From assembly GCF_006345805.1 (NCBI RefSeq), contig NW_021834467.1, forward strand, positions 1 through 58,809: a stretch of 58,809 nt of DNA, given 5' to 3'. This DNA comes from Octopus sinensis (taxonomy: Eukaryota). Shown one piece after another: positions 26,976 to 38,593 of this stretch. Within the stretch, counting starts at the first letter, position 1; each line of letters opens with the position of its first letter. A program made the position numbers and the translations under genes. The notes under the pieces are model-generated. The model searched no databases, was not told where the DNA came from, and was given only the letters and a program-made list of their open reading frames with translations.

Positions 26976-27170
26976 CTGTGTTTGCTCCCCCAACATCGCT
27001 TGACAATCGATGTTGGTGTGTTAACGTCCCCGTAACTTAGCGGTTCAGCAAAAGATAGTGATAGAAAAAGTACTAGGCTTGCAAAGAATAAGTCCTGGGT
27101 TCTACATGTTCGACTAAAGGCGGTGCTCCAGCATGACCGCAGTAAAATGACAGAAAATGACCGTAAAAGA
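26195..27170 (+). mobile_element. Family A SINE with flank plus 5' half triplicated (~264-bp unit)
   Basis: ATAGGCGCAGGAGTGGCTGTG occurs at 26241, 26507 and 26769, each preceded by the same ~45-bp flank; there is a single tail ending at ~27170. Confidence 0.9.
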
Positions 27171-27924
27171 ATAGAAGAATTTATACATACACTTGTTGTG
27201 AGCAGTTTCACTGAGAACCGAAACAGATTTAACACTAAAGATTAAGCACAAAGGAAAGAATGCAACGCTCTCGATGTCTTGAAGTGCTGCACGATATATG
27301 TTGTATCTTTGGCGAAAAGTAAGCAAGAAAGTTGCGTCGAAATTGCATGGATTCCCAGAAAACAGCTGATGAAGGGAAATTCTGTCTCCGCTGGTGTTAT
27401 TTTTTATTCTTTTCATTTTTGCTTTTTCTTTTTACTGTTCTACTGTTCTTTGCCTTGTTTTCTGTTTGTTATAATTTTCTTCCATTTTGATTACAAGGCG
27501 CGCGCACCACACACAGACACACTCACACACACACACATAGGTATCATGGAGATATTCGTTTCAGAATCCTACCCTCTTCAGTGTTGATTTCAAAATTGAA
27601 ATTTTACATTTTTTTTAATACGCTAACGATTTTTAAAATTTCTCCGAGAAATATATCGTGTGCGTATGCATGTGTGTTTTGTGTCTTTCATATACGCGTG
27701 TGAGAGCTACGCCTCTGTGTGTATACGTATGTATGTTTGTGTGTATATTCATATAGGTATATGCGTATATTTGGATGATGTATATATATATATTAGTATG
27801 TCATTGAATATATGGAAATATGTATGTCTGTACATGCAGCCAAATATACATATATATATATATCAGCATGGCCACAGTCAAATGACTGAAACAAGTAAAA
27901 TAGTAAAAGAGAGTAAAGAGTGTG

Positions 27925-28305
27925 TGATGTATGTATGTATGTATGCATGTATGTACGTATGTATGTATGCATGCATGTATGTATGTATGTATGTATGTAT
28001 GTATGTATGTGTGTACGTATGTATGTATGTGTGTACGTATGTATGTATGTATGTATATATGTATGTATGTATGTGTGTATGTATGTATGTATGTATGTAC
28101 GTATGTACGTATGTATGTATGTATGTATGTATGTATGTGTGTATGTGTGTATGTATGTATGTGTGTATGTATGTATATATGTATGTATGTACGTGTGTAC
28201 GTATGTATGTATGTATGTATGTATGTATGTGTGTATGTATGTATGTGTGTATGTATGTATGTGTGTATGTATGTGTGTATGTATGTATGTATGTATGTAT
28301 GTATA
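27925..28305. repeat. (ATGT)n microsatellite
   Basis: Direct inspection. Confidence 0.95.
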
Positions 28306-28534
28306 CATGCGTGTATACGATTTTCCTCGTTAGTTCTACGTGTAGTCTTCAGGAATCTACTAGAATGTCATGCTTTTCTGAATCTCGGCGTTCTTATTCA
28401 ATTTTACAAGAATAAAAAAAATTTTTTCTAAATCTATGTTTTTCTAAAAATACATTGTAGACTGAAACGTTGTTGTAGTGCTGAAGGCGGTGCAGAGCAG
28501 CGGAGGCGGGTGGGGTGTGCATAATGAATGTTAA

Positions 28535-28585
28535 GTAATGGTAGTGGTACTTAGTGGTTGTATGTTATTTCTAGTAGTAGTAGTG

Positions 28586-28618
<33 letters not shown>

Positions 28619-28903
28619 ATGGTGGTGGAGGTGGTGGTGTTAGTATTAGTTGTAAAGTAATGGTGGTGGTGGTGGTACTTAGTGGTTGAATGTTATTTCT
28701 TGTAGTAGTAGTAGTAGTAGTAGTAATGGTAGTGGAGGTGGTGGTGTTAGTATTAGTTGTAAAGTGGTGGTGGTGGTACTTAGTGGTTGAATGTTATTTC
28801 TAGTAGTAGTAGTAGTAGTAATGGTAGTGGTGGTGGTGGTGTTAGTATTAGTTGTAAAGTAATGGTGGTGGTGGTGGTACTTAGTGGTTGAATGTTATTT
28901 CTT

Positions 28904-28945
<42 letters not shown>

Positions 28946-29090
28946 ATGGTAGTGGTGGTGGTGATGTTAGTATTAGTTGTAAAGTAATGGTGGTGGTGGT
29001 TCTTAGTGGTTGAATGTTATTTCTAGTAGTAGTAGTAGTAGTAGTAATGGTGGAGGGTGGTGGTGGTGTTAGTATTAGGTGTAAAGTAAT
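28535..29090. repeat. Five-copy tandem repeat (101-128 bp) containing (TAG)n and (GGT)n runs
   Basis: The anchor TTAGTGGTTG occurs at 28551, 28679, 28780, 28881 and 29003. Confidence 0.9.
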
Positions 29091-29379
29091 GGTGGTGATG
29101 GTGGTGGTTGTGCTGATGTTAGTGGTAGTTGTAGTAGTAGTATTAGCAGTAGTAGTCATGTCGGTGGTAGTGGTATTAGTGGTTATGTTTGTTATTTTCT
29201 GTGTGGTGGTGGTGGTGGTGGTTGGTTGGTTGGTTGGTGAGGGTGGTTGTGCTGGTGGCGTACGTAGCGGTGGCAGTTGTAACGATAGTAATGGTGGCGG
29301 TGCTTGTGGTTGTGGAATTGGGTGTTGTTAGTAACAGACCTGGTGGTGGTGTCGGCGGTGGCGATGACAGCAGTAGTAG

Positions 29380-29935
29380 TGGTGGTTATGGTGGTGGTGG
29401 TGGTGTGGTGGTTACGGTGGTTGTGGTGGCGGTGGTGATGGAGGTGGTTGTTGCAGTGGTGGTGGTGGTTACAGTGGTGGTGGTTGTTGCAGTGGGGGTT
29501 ACAGTGGTGGTGGTGGTTGCAGTGGTGGTGGTGTTGCAGTGGTAGTGGTGGTTGCAGTGGTGGTGGTGTTGCAGTGGTGGTGATGGTTACAGTGGTGGTG
29601 GTAGTTGCAGTGGTGGTGGTGGTTATAGTGGTGGTGGTGGTTGCAGTGGTGGTGGTGGTTGCAGTGGTGGTGGTGTTGCAGTGGTGGTGATGGTTACAGT
29701 GGTGGTGGTGGTTGCAGTGGTGGTGGTGGTTACAGTGGTTGTGGTGGTTGCAGTGGTGGTGGTGATGGTTACAGTGGTGGTGGTGGTTGCAGTGGTGGTG
29801 GTGGTGGTGGTTGCAGTGGTGGTGGTGGTGGTGGTTGCAGTGGTGGTGGTGGTTGCAGTGGTGGTGGTGGTGGTTGCAGCGGTGGTGGTGGTTGCAGCGG
29901 TGGTGGTGGTGGTTGCAGTGGTGGTAGAGGTTGCG
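29380..29935. repeat. (GGT)n-T(G/A)CAGT minisatellite, 15-21-bp units
   Basis: Repeated GGTGGTGGTGGTTGCAGT and ...TTACAGT units. Confidence 0.92.
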
Positions 29936-30190
29936 TTGGAGGTGATGTTCTGGTGATGATGATGATGATGGTGTGATGGTGATGGCGATGGTGTTGGTGG
30001 TTACATTGACACAACGAGCAACTTTGGTGCTACAACAATGATAATGAAAGAACAACGGTGTATTTTGCTTTGTCTTTGGTCTTCTGCTGTAACCTTGTAT
30101 CGCTTACTTCTCGGAATTTTCGACTGAGATTCCGATGAGCATTATAAACCTGTTTTGAGAATTTGTACTTTATGGGAAGTCTTAATGCAA

Positions 30191-30554
30191 TCTTTATATA
30201 TAAAAGTGAAGTTGTGTGCCTGTCTCCTACGATTTAGATTCCTAACTACTCCCACATTTTGCGGTGCAGTTTAAACCAAACCGGGTATCTTATAGTCGTG
30301 ATTCATATCGAGCCCTTCTGGGTATTACGCGCGTCTACGATGAGTGAGTCTACGATTTTTAAAATATTTACCATCATTTTTTTCATTTTAATGCATTTTT
30401 CACTATTATATAAGGGAAGTAACTCTCTAAAAATGTCTACGATGAGTCAATGATTTTTTTTTTAAATTACCATCATTTGGGGCTATAACTCTCTAAAAAT
30501 GCTTATGTAGTTATTTCCCTTACAAACCCGAGCAACGCCGGGCGATACTACTAG
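30191..30554 (+). mobile_element. Non-autonomous Helitron (364 bp)
   Basis: Starts TC after A (30190) and ends CTAG before T (30555), with no TSD. A subterminal hairpin CCCGAGC-AAC-GCCGGG lies at 30527-30542. GTCTACGATGAGT and TAACTCTCTAAAAATG are internally duplicated. Confidence 0.85.
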
Positions 30555-30659
30555 TTAATTTATAATATGATTATTCTTGACGACTATCGATGATTTCTCA
30601 GTTGTTTCATGTAGGTGAGGGATTGATGCTATCTTTTCACTCGCCTCGGAGTTTTTTCT

Positions 30660-30992
30660 AAGGTCCCTGAATAAGGGTTGTTTAAGGATGTTGAACGAAC
30701 CACCCATGTTTCCAGAGGTGAATTATCCAAACGTCTAAGAATTCCTTTCAACACATGGCTATGATGCTCCCCCACTACTTCTGCTCGTGACCAGAGATGC
30801 ACATATCGTCAGCCACCAAGGGACATGGTCAACTGATTAAGGTCAAACAACTGACAAGCAAATCTGTGGTATTGAGCAGAATATTTGCTGTAGCCCATCT
30901 TTAATACCAAAACAAAACAATGTACATGATAACACTTGCAATCAGTTAAGATCAGAAGCCATGAGCGCCACTGCCTGGTACTGCATCAGGGC
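30660..30992 (+). mobile_element. Family E element, truncated copy ending CATCAGGGC+(ATT)n
   Basis: Homologous to 50201-50540 (reverse) and 39231-39436. Confidence 0.85.
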
Positions 30993-30993
30993 A

Positions 30994-31051
<58 letters not shown>

Positions 31052-31132
31052 TATTATTACTATTATCATTATTATTATTATCATCATTATTATTATTTTT
31101 ATTATTATTATTTATTATTATTATTATTATTA

Positions 31133-31300
31133 TTCAGTAGTTTTATTTTTATAACGTGCTTTCACTTCACTACCGAGCGCAACTTTGAGTGCCTTGGGTA
31201 TGTGCTGTGGTTTGACTTGATGCTCTTATTTTTACTGTATTGAAAGTGTTTTGCGTAGGATGTGTGCAGTGCCCATTAGTGCAATTTTCTGTATGTTATA
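31133..31300 (-). mobile_element. Dong/R4-like 3' end, same subfamily as 19090
   Basis: The minus strand reads YNIQKIALMGTAHILRKTLSIQ* followed by the 3' UTR GCACGTTATAAAAATAAAACTACTGAA+(TAA)n. Confidence 0.85.
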
Positions 31301-31849
31301 TATTTTTATCATTATTATTATTATTATTTTTACTTAAAGGCATGCGCGCGCACACACACACATACACACACCCTCTTCTTCCTTGTCTGTCAACACTAAT
31401 GAATGAAATTACAAAATGACAATCAGACCGAGAGAAGAGAGAAAAAGAAAAACAAATAAATGTTAACATCAGTAACGAAATGCTGAAGTGAAAGTTCGTG
31501 AAAATGTGTGTGTGTGGTGTCTGTCTGTCTGTCCGTCTGTCTGCGTGTCAGTGGCTCCCTCTATGTATGTGTGTAAGGGACGATAAACGTGTTTAGTTTA
31601 GGTTTATTAGGTTTATGGTTACGGAAATAGCGTGAGGGGTAGTTCTCGGAGATGGGGGGGTGGGGCGTCGGGTCGTTGGGAGTTTGGGTTCATTTGGGAG
31701 GGCAGGGGAAGTGTAGCAGGAAGAGATGGTGGAGGTGGTGGGAGGGTGTATTGTAGGATGTTTATATTAAGATAGGGGGCTAGTGTGAGTTCGAGCAATA
31801 CTGATTGATATACAATAATAATTATTCAGGGGTTGACGTTTGACTGAGG

Positions 31850-31881
<32 letters not shown>

Positions 31882-31973
31882 GCTGTCGTTGTTGTTGTTG
31901 CTGATGTTGTATATATATATGTGTGTGTGTGTGAGTGTGTGTATGTGTGTATGTATGTATTTGTATGCATGTA

Positions 31974-32017
<44 letters not shown>

Positions 32018-32019
32018 CC

Positions 32020-32223
32020 GGAGTAAACACATAAAAGTGAAACAAGGTGGAAAAAAGAGTACTAAAATACCAAAGGTAGAGTAATATGCTTTATTTAAAA
32101 GCAGCAGAAATTTAACAAAAGCTGTTACTCGGAGTTTCACGTTCCCGATCCTCTGTCCGACGAACGGAAACGTGAAACTCCGAGTAACAGCTGTTGTTAC
32201 ATTTCTGCTGCTGTTAAATAAAG
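32020..32223. mobile_element. Penelope-like inverted terminal structure with hammerhead motif (plus, 32153-32190)
   Basis: 55-bp inverted arms 32089-32143 and 32169-32223 (3 mismatches). The motif is CTGT-CCGACGA-ACG-GAAA-CGT-GAAAC-TCCGA-GTA-ACAG. Confidence 0.65.
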
Positions 32224-32289
32224 TTTATATATATGTGTGTGTGTGTGTATGTATGTATTTGTATGCATGTATATGTATGTATTCGTATG

Positions 32290-32329
<40 letters not shown>

Positions 32330-32340
<11 letters not shown>

Positions 32341-32892
32341 TTGTGTATTTGTATATATATATATGTATGTGTGTGTGTATTTGTATATATATATATGTAT
32401 GTGTGTGTGTATTTGTATATATATATATGTATGTGTGTGTATTTGTATATATATATGTATGTGTGTGTGTATTTGTATATATTATATGTATGTGTGTGTA
32501 TTTGTATATATATGTATTTGTGTGTATTTGTATATATATATGTATATATATATATAATTTATATATATATCTTATGTGTGTGTGTATTTGTATATATATA
32601 TATGTATGTTGTGTTATTTGATATATATATGTATGTGTGTGTATTTGTATATATATATGTATGTGTGTGTGTATTTGTTATATATATATGTATGTGTGTG
32701 TATTTGTATATATATTATATATATATATATATTTATATTATATATGTATGTGTGTGTGTATTTGTATATATATATATGTATGTGTGTGTATTTGTATATA
32801 TATATGTATGTGTGTGTGTATTTGTATATATATATATGTATGTGTGTGTATTTGTATATATATATGTATGTGTGTGTATTTGTATATATATG

Positions 32893-32923
<31 letters not shown>

Positions 32924-33269
32924 GTATGTGTGTGTGTATTTGTATATATATATATGTATGTGTGTGTATTTGTATATATATATGTATGTGTGTGTGTATT
33001 TGTATATATATATATGTATGTGTGTGTATTTGTATATATATATGTATGTGTGTGTATTTGTAATATATGTATATATATATATATATTTATATATATATAA
33101 TGTATGTGTGTGTGTTTTGTATATATATATATGTGTATGTGTGTGTATTTGTATATATATATGTATGTGTGTGTGTATTTGTATATATATATATGTATGT
33201 GTGTGTATTTGTATATATATATGTATGTGTGTGTATTTGTATATATATGTATATATATATTTATATATA

Positions 33270-33290
<21 letters not shown>
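32330..33290. repeat. Minisatellite, ~26-30-bp unit GTATTTGTATATATATATGTATGTGTGT
   Basis: Dozens of units anchored by GTATTTG. Confidence 0.92.
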
Positions 33291-33305
<15 letters not shown>

Positions 33306-33449
33306 TGTATATACACAGAGAGAGCAGAGATACACCCTACTAACACTAAATACAGTTTCTCCCTGGAAACAGTCCAAACATATTTATTTTAATCCCAGAA
33401 ATTATCTGGGCTGAAGAATTCACACATCTAAGAACGTAGCAGCAATAGT

Positions 33450-33826
33450 CATGGGGGTGGCGGTGCTGCTGCTACTGCTTCCACCGCTGCTACTACTACT
33501 ATTACGGGTCGAGGTGGTGGAGCTGCTGTTTTTGTTGTTGTTGGTAATGGTGGTGGTGGTGGTGGTGGTGGTGGTGGTGGTGGTGGTGGTGGTGGTGGTG
33601 GTGGTGGTGGTGGTGATGACTTTCGCATTAATGTTAGTCGGTGGTGGTTTTGGGGCGGTGATGGTTGTTGTTGTTGATGCGGTGGTGTTGGTAGTGGTCG
33701 TGTTGGTGATGTTGGTAGCGGTAGTTGTTAGTGGTATTGTTGCTGGTGGAGGTAGTGTTGTTTGCAGTTGTTGCGGTGGTTGTAGTAGTGGTAATGGTGG
33801 TGCTGGTGTTGATTGTATTATTGTTG

Positions 33827-33861
<35 letters not shown>

Positions 33862-34102
33862 TGGTGGTGGTGGTGGTGGTGGTGGTGGTGGTGGTGGTGG
33901 TTACCACGGCTGTAGTCATGATTGTGGTGGTGGTGATGTTGGATGTAGTAGCGGTAATGGTGGCATTATTATTGATGGTGATAGTGGTGGTAGTGGTTGT
34001 GAGGGTAGTTGTTAGTGGTGATGACAGTATGGGAAGTAGTTTTGTGTGGTGGTTGTGTAGCAGTTGATGAGGATGAGAATGATAATGATGGTAGTAGTAG
34101 CA

Positions 34103-34138
<36 letters not shown>

Positions 34139-34290
34139 ATAGCAGCAGCAGCAGCGGCAGCAGCAGTAGTAGTAGTAGTAGTAGTAGCAGTGGTGGTGGT
34201 GGTGGTGGTGGTTGTGGCGGTAGTAATAGTAGCAGAAGTGGTATGATGGTTGTAAGTAGTACTAGTTGTGGTGGTGGTGGTTATAGTAAG
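33450..34290. repeat. (GGT)n/(GTT)n/(GTA)n/(GCA)n low-complexity tract
   Basis: Direct inspection. Confidence 0.9.
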
Positions 34291-34363
34291 TAGGTGGGTG
34301 ATCCTAACTGCCCCATCACCAATGACAACATATATCCGCGGTCCTACATGGGGTATAAAATCA

Positions 34364-34528
34364 GAGCCTTGACACATCTTGTGTCCCGCTGAATCTCCCT
34401 TAGAACTTACGTGAAGGGTACGCGTGTCTTGCAGAGTTGCTTAGCCACTTGAACGTTAATTTCGCGAGCAAACTGTTCCGTTGACAGGATCAACAAGAAT
34501 ACTCATCGTCATAACTGACTGAGTGCTC
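34364..34528 (+). mobile_element. Diverged family C 3' tail
   Basis: GCTGAATCTCCCTTAGAACTTACGTGAAGGGTACGCGTGTC...CTGTTCCGTTGA matches 12990-13125. Confidence 0.75.
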
Positions 34529-34569
34529 AGTTATTAATATGCACGTGTGTATATCGTTACCCACTACAC

Positions 34570-34715
34570 ACATTTTTTTCTGTGTCCTTTCTGTAGAAGA
34601 GCGTAGGCTCGAAACGTTAAAGACTTTTTCTATTCCTCAGCGTTATACTAATACATCTGTTTGCTTTGTACACCACCTGTCTTCGTCTTTTGTTTTTTTC
34701 GTAAACTCTCCCCAT
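34570..34715 (+). mobile_element. Penelope-type terminal fragment with variant hammerhead-like motif (34584-34625)
   Basis: GTCCTTT-CTGTAGAA-GAGC-GTAG-GCTC-GAAAC-GTT-AAAAGAC: stem I 6/7 bp, stem II perfect, A6>U core. Confidence 0.55.
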
Positions 34716-34818
34716 ATATATATATATATATATAATATATATATGATATGCGAGTATGTGTATGGGTTTGTTTCGTGTATATGCGTGAGTGTATGTCTGT
34801 GTATATGTATGTGCGTGC

Positions 34819-35082
34819 GTGCGTGATGTTACCCCATACCGCTTATCGATGTAATGTATAAGCGATTTGCAATTAATTACAACCGATTTACCAGCAGGTT
34901 AGCGTAACCGAGCTTTGTTTAACGCGATCACTGATGTTATTATCACGCTACCACTACCACAACCACCACCATCATCACCATCCTCATCATCAGCTGCATC
35001 GTTACATCAGTGCACTATAATTATCAGCAGCAGCAGCTTGATTGTCAACAGAATCACATCATATTCATCATAGTCATCATCC
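34819..35082 (+). repeat. Dispersed duplicate, copy 1 (paralog at 38388-38799)
   Basis: Two non-repetitive blocks (~128 bp and ~70 bp) are shared in the same order with 38388-38514 and 38728-38799. Confidence 0.85.
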
Positions 35083-35482
35083 AGCATTATCATTGACACC
35101 ACGAAACGAAATATTGGGAACCTAAAAATAAAAGAAGCCATCAACATTAGCAATACCAAATCACGTATTCACAACAGAATTGAGCAGCACACGGCTGATT
35201 GGCTATTATAACAATGCTACCCTGCGCGAGCAAAGCAATCTTCCATAAATACGTATAACATACGCACACACTACAGAAAAGAAATATTTTTCATAATACA
35301 AGATCTCCGAAAAATTTCCTGAAGAATGAGACTTCACTTTGGCACATTGAAGTACACGATAAAAGTACGAACAATCACTTAACCTAATTTCTTATAACCA
35401 GTATTGTTTTGAATTCTCAGAAAAAAGCAATTAAAACTTTAATATCTGTGTGTATGTGTGTATATATGTGTGTATGTGCGAA

Positions 35483-35817
35483 GGAGGATGGCTCAGTGGT
35501 TAGAGCGTCGAGCTTAAGATCGTGAGGTTGTGAGCTCGAATCCCGTACCGGGCTGCGTGCTGTGTTCTTGAGCAAGACACTTTATTTCACGTTGCTCCAG
35601 TTTACTCAGCTGTAGAAATGAGTGGCGATGCCACAGGTGCCAAGCTGTATCGGCCCCTTTGTGTTTCCCTTGGATAACACTGGTGGCATAGAGTGGGGAG
35701 GCCGGTATGCATGGGCGACTGTTGGTCTTCCATAAACAACTTTGCCCGGACTAAAGGCGGTGCTCCAGCATGGCCACAGTCAAATGACTGAAACAAGTAG
35801 AAGAGTAAAAGAGAGTC
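35483..35817 (+). mobile_element. Family D SINE (tRNA head plus CORE-like body) fused to a family A tail
   Basis: A box TGGCTCAGTGG, B box GCTCGAATCCC and body TGTTCTTGAGCAAGACACT. Switches at GACT (35749-35752) into AAAGGCGGTGCTCCAGCATGGCC. Confidence 0.85.
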
Positions 35818-35998
35818 TCTTACAGCTGTTTCTAGAATAGTCAAACTTATGGATCATGGTATTGAATAAGGATTCCATAGGCTGAGTATTTCGTCATCAG
35901 AGAGGGAGAAGTCAGAGAGATGGAAAAGCGAGAGAAATGTATTTCAGTTTGTCGAGAATGAGGGGAGGGTCGGAGTAAGATGGGGATGCGTTGAATAG

Positions 35999-36415
35999 AT
36001 CCTATTTCTTTACTACCCACAAGGGGCTAAACACAGAGGGAGCAAACAAGGACAGACAAACGGATTAAGTCGATTATATCGACCCCAGTGCGTAACTGAT
36101 ACTTCATTCATCGACTCCGAAAGGATGAAAGGCAAAATCGACCTCGGCGGAATTTGAACTCAGAACGTCGTGGCAGACGAAATACCTATTTCTTTATTAC
36201 CCACAAGGGGCTAAACACAGAGGGGACAAACAAGGACACACATAGGTATTAAGTCGATTACATCGACCCCAGTGCGTAACTGGTACTTAATTTATCGACC
36301 CCGAAAGGATGAAAGGCAAAGTCGACCTCGGCGGAATTTGAACTCACAACGTAACGCAGACGAAATACCGCTAAGCATTTCGCCCGGCGTGCTAGCGATT
36401 CTGCCAGCTCGCCAT
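35999..36415 (-). mobile_element. Family B SINE with two ~184-bp units
   Basis: GAACTCA anchors at 36156 and 36340; head to ~36413. Confidence 0.9.
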
Positions 36416-36554
36416 GATCAGATGAACAATACTGTTATAGGCAATGTCCCTTTAACAGCTGAGAATGAGAATGTTCGATGGTAATTCATGGCGAGGAATA
36501 GTAGAAGTTCCATTTTTGAATACATACATACATACATACAGCAGGCATATATAC

Positions 36555-36712
36555 AACAGGCTTCTTTCAGTTTCCCTCTACCAAATCCACTCACAAGGCT
36601 TGAGTCGGACCGCCGCTATAGCAGAAGACACTTGCCCAAGGTACTACGCAGTGGGACTGAACCCGGAACCATGTGGTTGGGAAGTAATCTTCTTACCACG
36701 CAGTCACACCTA
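36555..36712 (-). mobile_element. Family A SINE head
   Basis: GGCTTCTTTCAGTTTCC...GACACTTGCCCAAGG...GAACCCGGAACCATGTGG. Confidence 0.85.
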
Positions 36713-37076
36713 TATACACGTCTGTCTGTGTGTGTGTGTGTTTGTATGCATACGCACATAAATAAGTGTAGTGTGTGTGTGTGTATACATACGTGTATTT
36801 ATGCATATATTTGCATATATACATGTATATGACTGCACATTTATGCATATACACTCATACGCAACGTACTTCCCCATCTAATACGATCGCTAATTAAACA
36901 ATGAAATGTTTCCTCCATATTCGATTGGTAAATCTGTGCAATTATACCATATTTTATTTTTCCGTATTTGTGTGTATATATGTCTGCATATAATTATACA
37001 TAATTGTGTGTATGTGTTAACGTGTGTGTATGTGCCTGTGTAATTACGAATGCATGCATGAGTGTATGTATGTATA

Positions 37077-37112
<36 letters not shown>

Positions 37113-38001
37113 CGTATATATGTATGTATTAGGCATTGTATGTATATGTATGTGTGTTTGCTCTTATATGTGTAAGTGTGTATGGCTATGGGTGTACATA
37201 TCTTGTGTATGTATATATGTTTGTATGTGTGTGTGTAATAATGCATGGGCAAATAACTATATCTATCTCTCTATATATATATAACGTTCAGGTATATATA
37301 TATATATATATATATATGTCTATGAATGTGTATGTATATATATATACACACACTTTAGTGTGTATGTGCATGTGTATGTTTATATATATAAATATATAGA
37401 TAGATAGATAGATATATAGAAATATATATATATGTATTTATATAGATAGATATAAATATATACATATATATATATATAAATATATATATTTGAGTGTGTG
37501 TGTGTCTGCATGTATACACACACACATAGTATAGTATGATATTTATGTATGTATGTATATGCATTTATGAGCGCGTCTAAATGATTGTGTGTATGTACGC
37601 CTGCGTGTGCGTTAGAGAAAGAATAAGGGCTTTCGGTACGAATTGTGAAGTGATGTAGCATTGCATGGTTAGAGAAGAGAAGCGAATTGGAGGGGGGCGG
37701 GCGAAAACGGGGAAAAGCATGGGAAGTATTATGAGGAGGGGGTCACAAAGGAGTTGATCGTACGATGGTTCGGTGAGGAGGTGTGGGGGTAACTGGAAAT
37801 ATATTGGGGGTGGAGTGGTTGGCAGGGGGTACGTATATCTCTGATTGTGCATGAATTTCTAGATATTTGTGTGTGTATGTATATGTGTGTATGTATGCTT
37901 TTATGTATATCTATATGAATATACACGCACGAATGTATATGTGCATGTGTGTGTATATATATATATATATACATGCATGAATGTATGTATATGCGTGTAT
38001 T

Positions 38002-38040
<39 letters not shown>

Positions 38041-38161
38041 CCATATATGAGCATATATATGTTTATATACATAGGTACTGTATGTACATGTGCATATATG
38101 TGTGTGTGTGTGTGTGTACTTGTGAATGTGTGTGTGTACAACTCTATAATGCCTGAATGTA

Positions 38162-38210
<49 letters not shown>

Positions 38211-38387
38211 CATGTGTGTATATATATGTATATATGTGTATGTATATATATATGCCCATGTGTATGTAGAAGTATATATACATGTGTGTATATATTTGCA
38301 TGTGTATGTATATATATATACATGTGTGTATGTATTTGCAAGTGCGTGCATATATGTATGTATGTATATATGTATGTATGTACGCGT

Positions 38388-38523
38388 GTGCGTGATGTTA
38401 CCCCATGCCGCTTATCGATGTAATGTGTAAGCGATTTGCAATTAATTACAACCGATTTACAGCAGGTTAGCGTAACCGAGCTTTGTTTTACACGATCACT
38501 GCTGTTATTATCACTACTACTAC

Positions 38524-38593
<70 letters not shown>

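Noticed and set aside
27361-27395. CTGATGA hammerhead core
   Set aside because: No downstream GAAA or UH triplet in the right order.
27548-27590. Minus-strand CTGAAGA...GAAAC motif
   Set aside because: Stem II is weak and stem III/cleavage triplet do not form.
29192-30055. Loricrin-like GGGCS ORFs and a His-rich CNHHHH ORF
   Set aside because: They arise from a GGT minisatellite open in several frames, with no signal peptide or splice context and no recognisable match to known His-rich structural proteins.
35185-35215. ATTGG (reverse CCAAT) next to TATTATAA as a promoter
   Set aside because: Short motifs are expected by chance in AT-rich DNA, and there is no other support.
35483-35555. tRNA-like sequences with A and B boxes (also 12763 and 4454)
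   Set aside because: They continue directly into SINE bodies and lack a complete cloverleaf, so they are SINE heads rather than tRNA genes.
35886-35905. Minus-strand CTGATGA-C-GAAA
   Set aside because: No room for stem II and no stem I/III pairing.
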